Origin: an uncultured Ruminococcus sp.
GTDB taxonomy: Bacteria; Bacillota; Clostridia; Oscillospirales; Ruminococcaceae
DNA: 60,522 nucleotides
Assembly (NCBI GenBank): GCA_964594275.1
Contig: CAZQMA010000006.1
Coordinates: 1-60,522, forward strand
Reading direction: 5' to 3'
The notes under the pieces were generated by a model. It was not told the DNA's origin, did no database searches, and saw nothing but the letters and a program-made list of their open reading frames with translations. A program made the translations under genes and the position numbers. Shown in pieces: positions 57,900 through 60,522 of the stretch. Every line of letters begins with the position of its first letter. The first letter of the stretch is position 1.

Positions 57900-59701
57900 T
57901 TCAGAAAGTAAGAAGAAATTTCATAGCCATAAATATGACTATGCTTACTCTTGTACTTATAATTCCTCTCTGCGCACTGAATATCTTCACCGCTGTCCTT
58001 ACCTACAATAACATAAGTGACCAGCTTGAGCAGCTTGCACAGACGGAAATATACATCCTTGACCCCGGAAACAACAAACACAATGAACCACCGCCCGAGG
58101 AAAACAAGATTGTAGGTATCGTAAAACCAGCTCATACAACCGCACCATCCACTACCACTTCCACTACAACTACTACAGTTACAACTGCACCGCCTACCGA
58201 CGAATATGCAACAAGTGAAAAAACTACAAAGCGTCCCGAGTATCAGCCGCCTACTGTAGGCACTACCGCTCCTACAGAACCTCAGCCACCTACGCAGGGC
58301 ACAACCCACACTGTTACAGGTACCACACCCCATCTTCCTCCGGACTTGGAAGATGACCCCCGATACACGGATTATACCCAGTATACCCATCCTATACGTC
58401 CTGCTCGTCCATCCTGGAATGAAACACGTCCAAGCTATGAAGAGAACGAAAACAATGATAACGGAGATTCAGGCTGGTGGAATGGTTACTATGCTATAAA
58501 ACTTCCAAATATCAGCTTAAATCTGCTGTCACAGTTTCTTTCTCTTGAATCAAAGCCTGTTGTTTCAACGGTATCCGTTGAGACAACCACAACAACTACT
58601 ACTGCCGTTACCTCCACCGCACCTCCTACAGAATCTGCCGAACGTCATCTTCTCACAGGAAAGGTATTTGACCGTGAGCTTCCCCACAAGGAAAACTCTA
58701 ACACCGTAACAGCAAGCTCAATTGAGTATTTCTTCGTTTACCTTGATAAGGATAACAACGTAAAGGAAGTACACGGTACTGACGATTACACCATAGAGAA
58801 CTGTACTGAATTTATCGCATCTATTGACAAGGATGACAAGTACGGCGGTTACTGCGGTACACTTCAATACACACGTAAGGATTACACAGACGGTGCTGTT
58901 ATGGTTTTTTCCGACAGAAGCTCAGACATCAAAATGCTGAAAACACTCTTCTTTGTAAGTGTGGGTATGTTTATTCTTATGGAATGTATGGTTTTTGTTC
59001 TCACTAGAATTCTTACAAAACGAGCTATGAGACCCATGCAGATTTCAATAGAAAAACAACAGCAGTTCATCTCCGACGCAGGACACGAATTGAAAACACC
59101 ACTTACCGTTATATCTGCCAATGCTGATATCCTCGCTGATGAAATCGGTGATAATAAATGGCTGGGCTACATCAAAGGACAGGCTGAACGTATGCGTATC
59201 CTTGTACAGGAAATGCTTGACCTTACCAAAATAACAGGAACTGACAAACACCTGGCGCAGAGCCGCTTCAATATAAGCAGTCTGGTAGAAAACGTTGCAC
59301 TGCCATTCGAGTGCCAGGCTTTTGAACAAAAAAAAACTTTCCATATTGAGCTTGACCCTGAAGTTGAATTTTTCGGAAACACCGAGAGAATCAGACGTAT
59401 GGTCGGTATATTCATTGACAATGCCTTCAAATACAGCAACGAAAACGGTACTATAAAAATCCAACTGAAAAACGAAGGTGGCAAGAACATACTCAGAATC
59501 TACAACACCGGTATAGGTATCGCCAAAGGCGAGGAAGAAAAAATTTTTGAACGATTCTATCGCAGTGATTCATCACGTTCAAAGCAGGGAGGATATGGTT
59601 TGGGTCTTGCCATTGCTAAAAGCATTGCTGACCAGCACGGCATTAAGATTCAGGTTCAAACTGAACCTGGTCAGTGGATAAGTTTCAATCTCTATCTGTA
59701 A
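57896..59701 (+). CDS. sensor histidine kinase with a long Thr/Pro-rich extracytoplasmic domain
   Basis: TM1, about 300 aa of low-complexity TTT/PPT-rich sequence, TM2, HisKA (HELKTPL) and HATPase. Confidence 0.8.
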   Translation: MIQKVRRNFIAINMTMLTLVLIIPLCALNIFTAVLTYNNISDQLEQLAQTEIYILDPGNNKHNEPPPEENKIVGIVKPAHTTAPSTTTSTTTTTVTTAPPTDEYATSEKTTKRPEYQPPTVGTTAPTEPQPPTQGTTHTVTGTTPHLPPDLEDDPRYTDYTQYTHPIRPARPSWNETRPSYEENENNDNGDSGWWNGYYAIKLPNISLNLLSQFLSLESKPVVSTVSVETTTTTTTAVTSTAPPTESAERHLLTGKVFDRELPHKENSNTVTASSIEYFFVYLDKDNNVKEVHGTDDYTIENCTEFIASIDKDDKYGGYCGTLQYTRKDYTDGAVMVFSDRSSDIKMLKTLFFVSVGMFILMECMVFVLTRILTKRAMRPMQISIEKQQQFISDAGHELKTPLTVISANADILADEIGDNKWLGYIKGQAERMRILVQEMLDLTKITGTDKHLAQSRFNISSLVENVALPFECQAFEQKKTFHIELDPEVEFFGNTERIRRMVGIFIDNAFKYSNENGTIKIQLKNEGGKNILRIYNTGIGIAKGEEEKIFERFYRSDSSRSKQGGYGLGLAIAKSIADQHGIKIQVQTEPGQWISFNLYL

Positions 59702-59721
59702 TATTCCGTAACATAAAAAAT

Positions 59722-59758
59722 CAAAGGCTATCGTTCATATAAACGATAGCCTTTTTCT
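59722..59758. terminator. bidirectional intrinsic terminator
   Basis: AAAGGCTATCG-ttcatataaa-CGATAGCCTTT flanked by A/T runs. Confidence 0.7.
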
Positions 59759-59769
59759 TATATCATAAA

Positions 59770-59787
59770 TTGTTCCACATAGAACAT
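59770..59787. repeat. palindrome family variant TTGTTCCACATAGAACAT
   Basis: Between the terminator and the glyQS stop. Confidence 0.8.
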
Positions 59788-59790
59788 TTA

Positions 59791-60522
59791 TCAGAATTCC
59801 ATCTTCTCACGAAGATAAGAAACCAGCTCTGTAATAGGCATACGTACCTGTTCCATTGTGTCACGGTCACGTACTGTCACACACTGATCCTTTTCCAGCG
59901 TGTCAAAATCATATGTAATGCAGAAGGGTGTGCCGATTTCATCCTGACGACGGTATCTCTTACCGATAGAGCCTGCATCGTCAAAGTCTACGGAGAAGTA
60001 CTTAGAAAGCATCTGACATACTTCCATTGCCTGCGCACTCAACTTCTTGGATAAAGGCAGTACTGCACACTTATAAGGTGCCAGTGCAGGGTGGAGACGC
60101 ATTACTGTTCTTACGTCGTTCTTTTCAGCATCTATTACTTCTTCATCGTAAGCTTCTGTTACAATAGACAAGAAGAGTCGCTCAACACCCAGTGAGGGCT
60201 CGATTACATAGGGAATATACTTGGTATTGTCCTCAGGGTCGAAGTATTCAAGGGACTTGCCACTGTGATTCTGATGCTGTGTCAGGTCGTAGTCCGTTCT
60301 GTCTGCGATACCCCAAAGCTCGCCCCAACCAAAGGGGAAGAGGTACTCGAAATCAGTTGAAGCCTTAGAGTAGAAGCACAGCTCCTCAGGGTCGTGGTCA
60401 CGGAGTCTCAGATTCTCTTCCTTGATACCCAGGTCAAGGAGGAACTTCTTGCAATAGCTTCTCCAGTAATCAAACCATTCAAGGTCTGTACCGGGCTTGC
60501 AGAAGAACTCAAGCTCCATCTG
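59791..60522 (-). CDS. glyQS: glycyl-tRNA synthetase, dimeric class II type (C-terminal part only; the gene continues past the window edge)
   Basis: ...GLGVERL...motif-3 region and a C-terminal anticodon-binding domain (..[13 protein letters not shown]..). Confidence 0.85.
   Translation of the reverse strand, partial: QMELEFFCKPGTDLEWFDYWRSYCKKFLLDLGIKEENLRLRDHDPEELCFYSKASTDFEYLFPFGWGELWGIADRTDYDLTQHQNHSGKSLEYFDPEDNTKYIPYVIEPSLGVERLFLSIVTEAYDEEVIDAEKNDVRTVMRLHPALAPYKCAVLPLSKKLSAQAMEVCQMLSKYFSVDFDDAGSIGKRYRRQDEIGTPFCITYDFDTLEKDQCVTVRDRDTMEQVRMPITELVSYLREKMEF

Overview
The window reads as a chromosomal segment from a spore-forming, plant-fibre-degrading member of the Clostridia, with Ruminococcaceae-like features. 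Carbohydrate genes include a GH74 xyloglucanase carrying a Thr-rich linker and a type-I dockerin, and a GH94 cellobiose phosphorylase. Sporulation genes include spoVT, spoIID and a SleC-like protein. Most of the window is housekeeping: proS (partial), a T-box leader with cysE-cysS, murA, a WalJ-like MBL hydrolase with rlmH, aguA-aguB, aspartate kinase, ilvE, metG, pgsA-rimO, prmC, citrate synthase, glyQS (partial) and two OmpR-type two-component systems. Several things stand out. (1) A compact phage head/neck morphogenesis module at 32.5-39.5 kb (TerS, TerL, portal, major capsid, prohead protease and four small proteins) has no integrase, tail, lysis or replication genes. (2) A three-gene module (COG4260/YdjI-like SPFH protein with C-terminal zinc ribbons, a zinc-ribbon membrane protein, a TPM-domain protein) resembles B. 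subtilis ydjGHI but has no pspA. (3) Three divergent zinc-ribbon/DUF4190 membrane paralogs sit in tandem. (4) A short palindrome, ATGTTCCACGTGGAACAT, recurs at eight intergenic loci, always just 3' of a stop codon and often beside an intrinsic terminator. (5) Three terminators share a near-identical stem. Domain and family calls are made by eye from the translations, and start codons are inferred from RBS positions.
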